From Octopus vulgaris (lineage: Eukaryota): a DNA stretch of 64,000 nucleotides. Location of the stretch: assembly GCA_951406725.2 (NCBI GenBank), contig OX597833.1, positions 59,458,001 through 59,522,000 of the forward strand, read 5' to 3'. Made by a program: the position numbers and the translations under genes. The notes below the pieces were generated by a model. That model made no database searches and was not told where the DNA came from. It was given only the letters and a program-made list of their open reading frames with translations. Positions 53,566-64,000 of the stretch are shown here, piece by piece (within the stretch, counting starts at the first letter, position 1; the number at the start of each line of letters is the position of its first letter).

Positions 53566-53623
<58 letters not shown>

Positions 53624-54293
53624 CATACATACATACATACATATATATATATATATATTCAGATGTACATTGTGTGTATGTGTACATATGTAAACATATG
53701 CACTTACATACATGTGTGTGTGTGTGTGTGTATCATCATCATCATCATCATCATCCTCTAACATCCATCTGCTATGCTGGCATGGGTTCGCTGGTTCAAC
53801 ATGAACTGACAGGTCAGAAGATGCGATGTTTTCCAACGTCTCCTTTGGCATGGTTTCTATGGCTGGATGCCCTTCCTAATGCCAACCACTTTACAAACTG
53901 TACTGTGGGTATTTTTCATGGCACACACTATAAGTGAGATCCTCACGAAAAAGCCCCTCAACTGAGTGGGGGTACAGCAGAATGGGAGGTCGCTTTGTTA
54001 GAGAATGAAAGAAAGATCAAGACCAGTTTTGTTGGGTGTAGAGGGGTTTTGTGGTTGCCTTACATTGTATAAGTGTGGGTGAAGTAACTGAAGGAGATAA
54101 AGATGGTAACGGTGAGGAGTCAGAATGTGCCCTCAAGGCATAAGAAGGTGAATAGAAGAGAATGTGGGAGAGAAGATCAGGAAGGGAGAGCGGGTGAGTA
54201 AAGGTGGAAAGAGTCTGTATGGTAAGTAAAGGATGGTTAGAGAAGAATGTAGGGGTAGATGCAGTGAACGGTGAAGGAAGGGATGGAGGAATA

Positions 54294-54620
54294 TCATCAT
54301 CATCATCATCATCGTTTAGCGTCTGCTTTCCATGCTGGCATGGGTTGGACGGTTCAACTGGGATCTGGGAAGCCAGAAGGCTGCACCAGGCCCAGTCTGA
54401 TCTGGCAATGTTTCTACGGCTGGATGCCCCTCCTAACGCCAACCACTCCATGAGTGTAGTGGGTGCTTTTTACGTGCCACCGGCACAGGTGCCAGATGAG
54501 GTTGTCAGGTGCCACGATCGGATGGTGCTTTTTACATGCCACCGGCACGGAGGCTGGCAACGGCCACGATTGGATGGTGCTTTTTACATGCCGCTGGCAC
54601 GGAGGCAGTCGGGGCGATGG
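54294..54620 (-). mobile_element. Retroposon 3' tail family with (GAT)n end (related pieces at about 36560, 36870, 49195, 52085 and 53735)
   Basis: Shared CATCATCATCGTTTA.CGTC..TTTCCATGCTGGCATGGGTTGGA and CTGGATGCCC.TCCTAA.GCCAACCAC. Confidence 0.7.
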
Positions 54621-54819
54621 TAAATATGAGTTGAAGGAAGATGATAAGAATGAGGAATGGATATCAATAGAAGTGACTCAAGGGTGAGGAGGTGATGACT
54701 GGCATTAGAGAAAGGGTGAAGAGTAGCAGAATAATAATAAAACAGTAGGTAAAGGAGGAAAGATGAGAGATGGGGCTATGACTGGTAGGGATGGGTGAGT
54801 AAAGAGTACAAGAGTGGGA

Positions 54820-55003
54820 GAATGGAAGACATATACTACCCAATATTTTAGGATCTCAGCAATAATTCCTTGTGGCCCAGGGACTTTTCCTGTCTTCATA
54901 TCCTTAATTGCTTTATCTATCATAATACTGCCTCCTAGAATGGTTGATCCTTCCATCAGTTTTCCATCAAGAAGACTCTCTTTTTCCCATTCTTTGTCCA
55001 CAT
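54820..55003 (-). mobile_element. LINE ORF2 fragment (pre-RT region)
   Basis: IDKAIKDMKTGKVPGPQGIIAEILK (cf. K(A/S)PGPDGI.AE.LK). Confidence 0.65.
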
Positions 55004-55600
55004 TTAGCAGCCTTTCATAGTAGCACTTCCATGCCTCTTTCCTTCTGTTTTAGGGTTAGGGTTAGGGGTGGGGGAAGGGTATCTTTTTTTTTTCTTCACA
55101 AATGTAAATAAACCCAATCTGTTTCTTAAACGAGGGACATATTCATACGGCACAGAATGTTTTTTTACCTCAATAGACGTCATTGATTGGTTGAAATTGC
55201 AGAAATTGAAGAAAAAAAACAACAAATATCTTACAAACTATAGAATTTTCTCAATAAAGCCAAGAGAAAAAGATGTTTTATGAACACATTCTACCAGTAT
55301 ACGAAGTTTAAAATTTTTTAGTTACCTAGAAATTATTTTTAAAAACTGCTGTTCGGACCGAAAAGATCCCAAAACAATTTGAATAAATAAGCATTACATT
55401 TGGCAATAATCTGAAGCCTAACAGATTAGACTGATGTGAAACAGTCTTACCAAACATTTTCCTTTGCGAGTTCCTCATACATGGGAAATAAGTTATCTAA
55501 GGGGCGCAACTCTGGGTTTCCCCATTTCTGGTCATTTCCTCTTCGGCTTCTAAATATTGATGGATTTTGTGGTTTGGCAGTGAAGTTACTTCTCTTAGGG

Positions 55601-55969
55601 TGGAGGCGCAATGGCCCAGTGGTTAGGGCAGCGGACTCGCGTTTTCGATTCCCAGACCGGGCGTTGTGAGTGTTTATAGAGCGAAAACACCTAAAAGCTC
55701 CACGAGGCTCCGGCAGGGGATGGTCGTGATCCCTGCTGTACTCTTTCACCACAACTTTCTCTCACTCTTACTTCCTGTTTCTGTTGCACCTGTATTTCAA
55801 AGGGCCGGCCTTGTCACTCTCTGTGTCACGCTGAATATCCCCGAGAACTACGTTAAGGGTACACGTGTCTGTGGAGTGCTCAGCCACTTACACGTTAATT
55901 TCACGAGCAGGCTGTTCCGTTGATCGGATCAACCGGAACCCTCGTCGCCGTAACCGACGGAGTGCTTCC
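55601..55969 (+). mobile_element. tRNA-derived SINE, family B
   Basis: 13-bp TSD ACTTCTCTTAGGG at 55588-55600 and 55970-55982. Confidence 0.92.
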
Positions 55970-56004
55970 ACTTCTCTTAGGGAAATAGTTTAATTTTTAT
56001 ATTA

Positions 56005-56189
56005 TTGCAGCGTGGAAAGGTGTTTATAAGCCATTTAAGAAATTACACAAAAACCGTTAGATTCACTTCGACATTTAAATTTAATTTGCCAAAATATTTT
56101 CGTCGCTTTGAGGTCGCGACCTTTTTACTGACAAAATTCCGGTTTTTGTGTGTTTCTTAAATGGCTTATAAACACCTTCCATGCTGCAA
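56005..56189. repeat. ~50-bp inverted repeat pair enclosing a structured 83-nt segment
   Basis: TTGCAGCGTGGAAAGGTGTTTATAAGCCATTTAAGAAA..CACAAAAACCG (56005-56056) versus its near reverse complement at 56140-56189. Confidence 0.88.
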
Positions 56190-57049
56190 CTGTTTTGTCA
56201 CTTGCTATGATCAGGTCACTTGCTATGCAAGTACATCTCCGTAATTTTTCATTTTATTGTTATTGAATAATTTATGAAATTTGTTGGTTAAACCAGACTG
56301 TATCTCTCTCCCTTCTACAATGTTTTTCCATTGTTTGCGGTGAGTGTCTAGTTGTGCATGTCTCCCACCCCATATCTATTTGTTTCATGAGAAGAGAGAC
56401 CCTAACCCTAACTTCACCCCACTCCCCCCGATGCATCTACTTATTGCATCATGCATTATTTAAATAACATTTGATGAATGGTTGCACTCAGCACGTACGT
56501 AAAATAGGCTGATTAACTTTATAGGGGTTGTGGGTTAAATTTGTTGAAGGGAGCGTTTCTCTCCCTGAGCTTGTCAGCCGTTGCCCCACTCTGGCTCATG
56601 GAAACCATGAAGTTTTTGTTCTATGCCTCACTCAGGAGAGATAAGTTCTCACACCTAGACGTAGGAGTGGCTGTGTGGCAAGTAGCTTGCTTACCAACCA
56701 CATGGTTCCGGGTTCAGTCCCACTGCGTGGCACCTTGGGCAAGTGTCTTCTACTATAGCCCCGGGCCGACCAAAGCCTTGTGAGTGGATTTGGTAGACGG
56801 AAACTGAAAGAATCCCGTCGTATATATGTGTGTGTATATGTTTGTGTATTTGTCCCCCCAACATCGCTTGACAACCGATGCTGGTGTGTTTACGTTCCCC
56901 GTAACTTAGAAGTTCAGCAAAGGAGACTGATAGAATAAATACGAGGCTTACAAAGAATAAGTCCTGGGATCGATTTGCTCGACTAAAGGTGGTGCTCCAG
57001 CATGGCCACAGTCAAATGGCTGAAACAATTAAAAGAGTAAAAGAGACCT

Positions 57050-58700
57050 CTGCAAACAAGGCCTCGTCAGTTAAACAGTACATTTGTTGCTACTGAATAA
57101 TGTGTGTGCACAATTCCTATGATGCAAGATACTCTATGATACCAGGATCATTTCCACGGTACCATTCAGCAGACTGCACATTTCTACTGAAAGACCAGTC
57201 GACAACGGTAGAGAATTTGGGGGAAAATTTCGCTCGGGGGATTCAGAAATCCTGGAGGAATTTTGTGAAGTGTTCAACCACCACCACCTTTGCTACCATG
57301 AAAAATTTAAAAACAAGAAATCTTCTAAGCCAAACAATATTCCAACAGAGATATTGTAGGAGGGTGGTTGCCTTTGTACAAGAGTTTTATATAAGAGAAG
57401 CGGGTAACAAGGACATATTTTCTCCAGTATGGAAAACAGGCTAACATCGTAGAAGCGTAGAAAAACAAGGGAGACAAATCTGTATGGTACTTTTGTCTTT
57501 TGCTGGGACGTTACTGGTTCAATGGATATCGGAAAAAGGTTACTGTATGGCTTGTTCAGGGAGCAAGACTGTGTGCTGAATCTTTCATCATTTGATATCT
57601 TCCTAACAAGATGACAGGAGTCACTATTAACTTCCGACTTGACAGGAATCTTTTCAATATGAGAAGTGTGCATACTACAATCAAGCTCAGATCATTGACT
57701 ACTCTGCTCTTATTTCTTTACTGCCCACAAGGGGCTAAACATAGAGGGGGACAGACAAGGACAGACAAAGGGATTAAGTCGATTACATCGACCCCAGTGC
57801 GTAACTGGTACTTAATTTATCGACCCCGAAAGGATGAACGGCAAAGTCGACCTCGGCGGAATTTGAACTCAGAACATAACGGCAGACGAAATACGGCTAC
57901 GCATTTCGCCCGGTGTGCTAACGTTTCTGCCAGCTCGCCACCTTACTCCTCTGCTCTGCTCTGATAACTCACACACTAAAAGCCCATCATAGCAACAGCT
58001 ATTACAGCATATGCATAAATGGAGTTAACAGTCAATGCGCAGAAAGCTGAGGTCACATGTCAAATACACACTGCGACACACTCTCCTCACTGCTTTCTTG
58101 GTATGGCTAGCCACGTCTTTCTACTTCTAACAGAGTCTTTTCTATGAATATACACTGGATGAAGAGGTTCTGTAAAACCCCAAAAAGGCTCAGAAATTGG
58201 TTCTTTATAAACAACTATCTCATCTTCTATTCTAGAGTTTTCACCTATCGGGTAATCTGTTTTTCCATTCTCTTGTATTGATGCAAGACATGGACCACAT
58301 GCAGTCAACACAGTAAGGCCCTCGAGGTCTTTATAACATCCAGTCTCTACAGAAGATTATTTCCGATGGGGTTATATACTCCCAAATCCTCTGTCGAAGC
58401 AACACCAACCAGATTGAATTTGTGCTGTGCAGGGCACAGACATATGGTAAGCATGTCAGACTCTACATCCACCCTGTGGGACTCTCTATGGTTATCATTA
58501 GCTAGAGGCTCAAGGCCCACTTTAAAGAGGACCAAAAGCAACCCTTCAAGAGTGGAAGCCATCGTTACCCATTCCCAGCCCTCACTGTTAGAAAAACACT
58601 CAGAATTTCCAGGAAAAGATAGAAATGGGTCGAGCACATCATTACACTTGGTTACTCCAACCAACCATTTACATCTCCAATCTGGAACTGAAGCTGTACA
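57050..58700 (+). mobile_element. Highly degenerate RTE-clade LINE RT region, interrupted by a SINE at 57709
   Basis: GVTINFRLDRNLFNMRSVHTTIK (cf. RTE/BovB YRTDGKLFNLRRL.AKTK), EQDCVL (cf. KQGCVL), and AGHRHMVSMSD...LARGSR (cf. WAGHVVRM..GEL..G.R). Confidence 0.55.
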
Positions 58701-58928
58701 TTGATTACTCAAGCCCAGTGGGGAGCAACCTAGTATTGGACATAGCATACACTACAGCTGTTTGAGTGAATACATGTTGCCATAGAATGGTGACTGAAGA
58801 TCAACATCCCATGACAAAAAATGAGACTACACTCAAATCTTATAGCTTCACAAGTCATACATAGAACCAATTCATTTCAGAGCCCCACTGCGAAATTTGG
58901 AGAAAAAAACTTAAATATAAGAATTTTA

Positions 58929-59533
58929 TAATAATAATAATAATAATAATGAAATTATTGTATACAGTGCTCAGGTGCACCACAACTTGTCAAAAGTGCA
59001 TATAAAGCATATGCAGTAATGTACAAATGTCTGGAAAGTGAACAGTGTATGAGTCAGATACATGCTTGTGTGTGTATGGAGGGGAGAAAATCAGGTGTAG
59101 TGTTGGCGAATCTCAGGAAGCATGGAAGTTTTGAAGGATGCAGTGCTCCGACAACTAACAACTGATGCTGGTAGTTTGTTCCATGCTTCAGCAACTCTTA
59201 GCGTGAAAATATGTTTCCTAAAGTCATGGGAGCTGTTCTGTTTTCTAACTTTGTAAACATGTCCACAGGTGTTAGACAGGTGGAGTTTGAAAAGGTGCTC
59301 AGAGTTATTGTTTGTAAGATGGTTGATAATTTTATGGGTGTCTGCCAAGTCAGCTGCCAGACGTCTGAGTTTCAATGTATCCATGCCCAGGGAAGTAAGG
59401 CATTCAGAATATGGCAAATGCCTGATGGAGGGTATTCTCTTGATTGTACATCGCTGAATGGCTTCCAGACAATTAATATCCTGGGCAAGGTAGGGGTTCC
59501 AGACCAGTGATGCAAATTCCAGGTGAGGTCGTG
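58929..59533 (-). mobile_element. CR1-clade LINE 3' fragment
   Basis: RPHLEFASLVWNPYL..DI..LEAIQR...LPYSE.L..LG..TL..RR...DL...HK...[13 protein letters not shown], followed by a 3'UTR and (ATT)n tail. Confidence 0.9.
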
Positions 59534-61284
59534 TAAAAAAAAATATATTAAATGTATATGCTCTGTACACCTTATTTTTTTTATCTTATTTTCAAATCTG
59601 TTTAAAGTCAATTTAATCTAGAAGAGATTGTCTTCCCTGTTATGGTTAACCACCGAGGGCACATCACGTGTTCAAATTTAGAAGTTGGTCATAAAAGAAA
59701 GCCATGAGATATTAATAAAAAATTTTAATGTTTGATGATTGAGAATGATATATGAGGCGACTAGTTTAAAAATTTTATCAAAACTGGACCTGTTCACGAT
59801 CAGTAAAGAAGAAGAAGCAGAATGCAAAACAGAGAAAACAAGGGGAACACTGGATTTTGAACCCTGTTAACCCTTTGTCTACCAAATCCATTTTGTACCA
59901 TATTTCTTTTTGTGCCAACAGTTCTAATTTTGTTATAAATTATGTGCTTTTTAAATTTTTTAACCATATATTTCTTCTAGTTCACCATATAAACTACCAC
60001 ATTGATTTATAGCATGCGTATAGAACGAATATTATATTATTTGATAACCAGCTGATCTAGCAAGCAGGACCTCATATCAATAAGGCGGGGTAGCCAGTGC
60101 ACATTGATGCCGTTGAGAGGTAGGCCCCGAAACGGCGCGCATTCTCTCCCGATGACCCCATACACTTGCTGGCTTCCGGTATGTGGAGTTTTTGACTGAT
60201 AGCACTTGCATGTGCAAGTTGTTTGCAAGACATGTACAGCAGGAGTTAACCAGTGTCACACATGTTAAAAGTGTTAAAATGTTCATTATATTTGCATTTA
60301 TGGATTGTTTTTTTTGTTTTGGGAATTGTTTTTTTTTTCATTTATTATTTTTCCATTTTTTTTCAATACATTATATTTCAGATTATATTATAAGCCTTAA
60401 TGGTTTCTTTTTCAAAAAAACATTATGTTATGGAGAACAGAATTCCAATGATAGAGATGACAGTGACTTTCACCCTTCCTACCAGGTCCTATCTCAGCTT
60501 CTGTTATTTCAAATGGAAAACCATCTAAAAAAAAAAATACAACGAAACATGTGTTCTATATATTTCCTAGAATTCAGATAATGTAGTTTGAATCACCATA
60601 ATACCAGGCTTACTCTTTTACTTGTCGCAGTCATTTGACTGTGGCCATGCTGGAGCACTGCCTTTATGGTCGAGCAAATTTACCCCAGAGCTTATTCTTT
60701 GTAAGCCTAGTACTTATTCTATTTGTTTCTTTTGCCAAACCACTAAGTTACGGGGATGCAAACACACCAGCATCGGTTGTCAAGCGATGCTGGGAGTGGG
60801 GGACAAACAGACACACAAACACACACACGCATATATATATATACGACGGGCTTCTTTCAGTTTCCGTTTACTAAATCCACTCACAAGGCTTTGGTCGGCC
60901 CGAGGCAATAGTAGAAGACACTTGCCCAAGGTGCCATGCAGTGGGACTGAACCCGGGACCATGTGGTTGGGAAGCAAGCTACTTACCACACAGCCACTCC
61001 TGCGACTATGACACAGTCACTCCTGGAGTCACTGGTGACTCTCATAGTATATTATGAACATAGCGTTGGGAGTCACAGCGAGTCCCATCATAGGCAAAGT
61101 TTTAAATGACTATCACATTAAATAGATCCAGAAATCGCCGACTGAATGTCCAGATTACAACATCACACATCTCTGGCACTGCACATCTAATCCTGCTCCT
61201 CTAAATATACTAGAACTAGGAAAATATTGTCTCTGTTACCCATTATATCCAGATCAGAGACATCAAAGCTAATGTAATGTGTTA

Positions 61285-62950
61285 CGAACAAAGAGAAATC
61301 GATATTTTGAACAATGGTCCTTCATCAAGAAGTTGAAACCTGTTTTAATCGTAGACAGGAAGTAGTGGAGTGAAGGTAGATAAGACGCGGACAGTGGTAG
61401 GGTCACATTAGAAGAGACAGAAGTTGTGTAGGTTGATGCCCTGGAAATGCTGGCTGGTGGGAGGGAAGGTGAAGGGGGGGAGGAAGATGGTTGGTGATGG
61501 GGGAGACAAAAGGGTGTCAGTTGATCAATATTGAAGTTGTAACGGCAAATAGCATTGCCATTAGGTTGGGGTTAGCCATATTGTTGTAAAAAAAATAGAT
61601 TGTGTAGTGTGACTGGACATCAAAGATGGTGTTGACTGCAGGAGTGGATGTGTTGTGAGAAGGAATGGCCATTTGTGATAATTAGGTTGGAATGAAGTGA
61701 AATCAAGGTAGGAGTGGGAGTCAGGAGATTTGTAAAAGACGGAGGTGTTTATGAAACTGACAGGAGTAGCAGAGGTGTTTGGGAAGTTGGCAGAAGCGAA
61801 TTCACTGGAAAAATGAAAGAAAGGTGTTTACAGGTGACACTGAAACAGTGGTCACTTTAATGATCTTATAGCTCTGAGGTGAGTTGCTGGAGACTCTGAG
61901 GCCTTCACTTTACCATGGAGGTGCATGGCTTAATGGTTAAGGTGCTGGGTCCATGATCATAACAGTGGGATTTCAATTCCCGGACTGAGCAATGTATTGT
62001 ATTTTTTGACAAAACACTTCATATCACATCACTCTGGTCCATCCAGCTGGCAAAAATGAGTGTTTGATGGACTGACGTCCTGTCCAAGGGAAATAGAGGT
62101 GCCACAGAAACCAGCTCTATGAGTCTATACAACTCGGGACAGAGCTCTCGCTATCCTCCACTTGACCCAAATCAGATTAACTCAGTTAATGCGTATGGTC
62201 ACTCCTGTAACTCGATGGCACAAGTTGAAGGTGGAGTGGAGATGCTGAGTACAATGGAAGAATTTGAGCATTGAAAGTTAATCACCATAGGCGCAGGAGT
62301 GGCTGTGTGGTAAGTAGCTTGCTAACCAACCACATGGTTGCGCGTTCAGTCCCACTGCGTGGCATCTTGGGCAAGTGTCTTCTGCTATAGCCCCAAGCCG
62401 ACCAATGCCTTGTGAGTGGATTTGGTAGACAGAAACTGAAAGAAGCCTGTCATATATATATATATATGTATATATGTGTGTGTGTGTGTTTGTTTGTCTG
62501 TGTTTGTCCCCCTAGCATTGCTTGACAACCGATGCTGGTGTGTTTACGTTCCCGTCACTTAGTGGTTCGGCAAAAGAAACCAATAGAATAAGTACTGGGC
62601 TTACAAAAGAATAAGTCCCAGGGTCGATTTGCTCGACTAAAGGCGGTGCTCCAGCATGGCCGCAGTCAAATGACTGAAACAAGTAAAAGAGTAAAAGAGT
62701 ATACCAATGATGGCAGAACTTAACATCTATTGTGAAAAAGAGCTGTGGTGGGCCAGTGAATGGTGTGGCTGGTTTATCGGGTGTTTGATGGGAAAAGGAA
62801 TGGAAGCAAGAATAAGAACTTGGATATTTGGACCATGAATTTGATGAGGCAAAATTGGATGTGGAGATATATGTAGATGAGATTTGTTTGGTGTTGGTGG
62901 TAACAGTACATGGTGAATAGCTGACAAGCAATAGCGGAAAATTAGCAGAA
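61285..62950 (-). mobile_element. Degenerate Penelope-like retroelement (RT plus pseudo-LTR), interrupted by SINEs at about 61917-62150 and 62290-62700
   Basis: Minus strand PFTGPPQLFFTIDVK (cf. FTMDV.SLYT), HRVTGVTI (cf. Q..GVAMG), INTSVFYKSPDSHSYLDFTSFQP..K/AIP (PLE RT thumb). Eroded hammerhead TTGATGAAGGAC...GTTCAAAA near 61300-61330. Confidence 0.7.
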
Positions 62951-62993
62951 TATAATGATAAGTCTGTCTCAGTACAACATTATAGTTATTAAT

Positions 62994-63143
62994 AGTAATT
63001 AATTTGTGCAGTAATTAATGTCAGTAGAGTAATTAACAACAGTACTGTAATTACTAATAATTAATCTGCACAGTAATTAATGCTGGTAGAGTAATTAACA
63101 ACAGTACTGTAATTACTAATAATTAATCTGTACAGTAATTAAT
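62994..63143. repeat. ~61-bp tandem repeat, about 2.5 copies
   Basis: CAGTAATTAATG...GTAGAGTAATTAACAACAGTACTGTAATTACTAATAATTAATCTG repeated. Confidence 0.8.
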
Positions 63144-63476
63144 ATGTGAACAGTCCTTGAGGCAATATCGTTAGCATGCTTTTGTCCATCCTTATTATGT
63201 TCTGAGTTCAAATTCCACCAACTTTGCCTTTTATGCTTTTGGGTTTGATAAAATAAGTACCAGTTGTGTACTGGGGACGAAGTAATCAGTTAGCCCCTTC
63301 CCTCAAAAACTGCTGGCCTTGTGTCAAAATTTGAAACCAATATCTGTACGGTCCTTCACACTGGTGCAGCAATAAACAGTAATTAATACCTGTAATATAA
63401 TTAAGAGAATTTAAGTAATGATCGTGATGCCCACCACAAAGAAATCAAGCTAAGTAAGAATCTATTAAGTAACAAC

Positions 63477-64000
63477 AGATCTTTTCCTTTTGAACGGCAG
63501 ATGTCAACACAATTTCTAGGTAACTAAAAAGTTTTAAACTTTGTATATGGCGGTGCCCCAGCATGGCCACAGCTCGTGAGCTGAAACTAGATAAAATTTA
63601 AAAAATACTGGTAGAATGTGTTTATAAAGCATCATTTTCTCTTGGTTTTATTGAGAAAATTCTATAGTTTGTAAGAGATTTCGTCTGAAAATCCAAGCAT
63701 TTCGGCAATTTTAACCAATCGATTACCTCCATTCAACTAAAATCATTTGCTGCGTCTAAAACTGAGACAACATCCTGTAACTAACCCTAAACCTCCCCCC
63801 TAACCCTAACCCTAACCCTAAATTTTTTTTTCTTAATTGTTAAATTAATTTAATTCCATTGCTTTAGTTTTTTTTACACGCGTAACAATTAAATTAATTT
63901 AACAATTAAGAAAAAAACATTTAGGGTTAGGGGGGAGGTTTAGGGTTAGTTACAGGATGTTGTCTCAGTTTTAGACGCAGCAAATGATTTTAGCTCAAAA
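63477..64000. mobile_element. Long foldback element related to the 40560 MITE; palindrome centred near 63870, runs off the window end
   Basis: Starts GATCTTTTCCTTTTGAACGGCAG (same TIR type). 63737-63855 pairs with 63886-63993. Contains (CCCTAA)n/(TTAGGG)n. Confidence 0.8.

Noticed and set aside
50526-53937. Long MYVC/HTYI/YI-repeat ORFs (up to 262 aa)
   Set aside because: Stop-free by construction in (TATG)n/(TA)n microsatellites.
63781-63950. True telomere or chromosome-fusion site (CCCTAA...TTAGGG)
   Set aside because: Only a few units, embedded in the arms of a foldback element that has relatives elsewhere in the window.

Overview
AT-rich, microsatellite- and retroposon-dense animal genomic DNA. 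The repeat families look like an octopod cephalopod; this is an inference. The only host gene found is the 3' half of a four-domain voltage-gated channel alpha subunit on the + strand. Eleven GT-AG exons (19997-44610) join in frame into about 845 aa covering the end of the DII-DIII linker, DIII, the III-IV linker, DIV and the C-terminus. The pore signature (DIII TFEGW, DIV TSAGWND) and the MFL inactivation particle mark it as a Nav2/DSC1/BSC1-type (x-x-E-A filter, probably Ca2+-permeable) channel rather than a classical DEKA Nav1. DI and DII lie upstream of the window. The rest is intron or intergenic sequence. It holds three tRNA-head SINE families, CR1, RTE and R4/Dong LINE remnants, hAT and Tc1/mariner transposase fossils, piggyBac-like and Merlin-like MITEs, a Helentron-type HINE and long palindromes. 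Several Penelope-like segments carry minimal hammerhead-ribozyme motifs.
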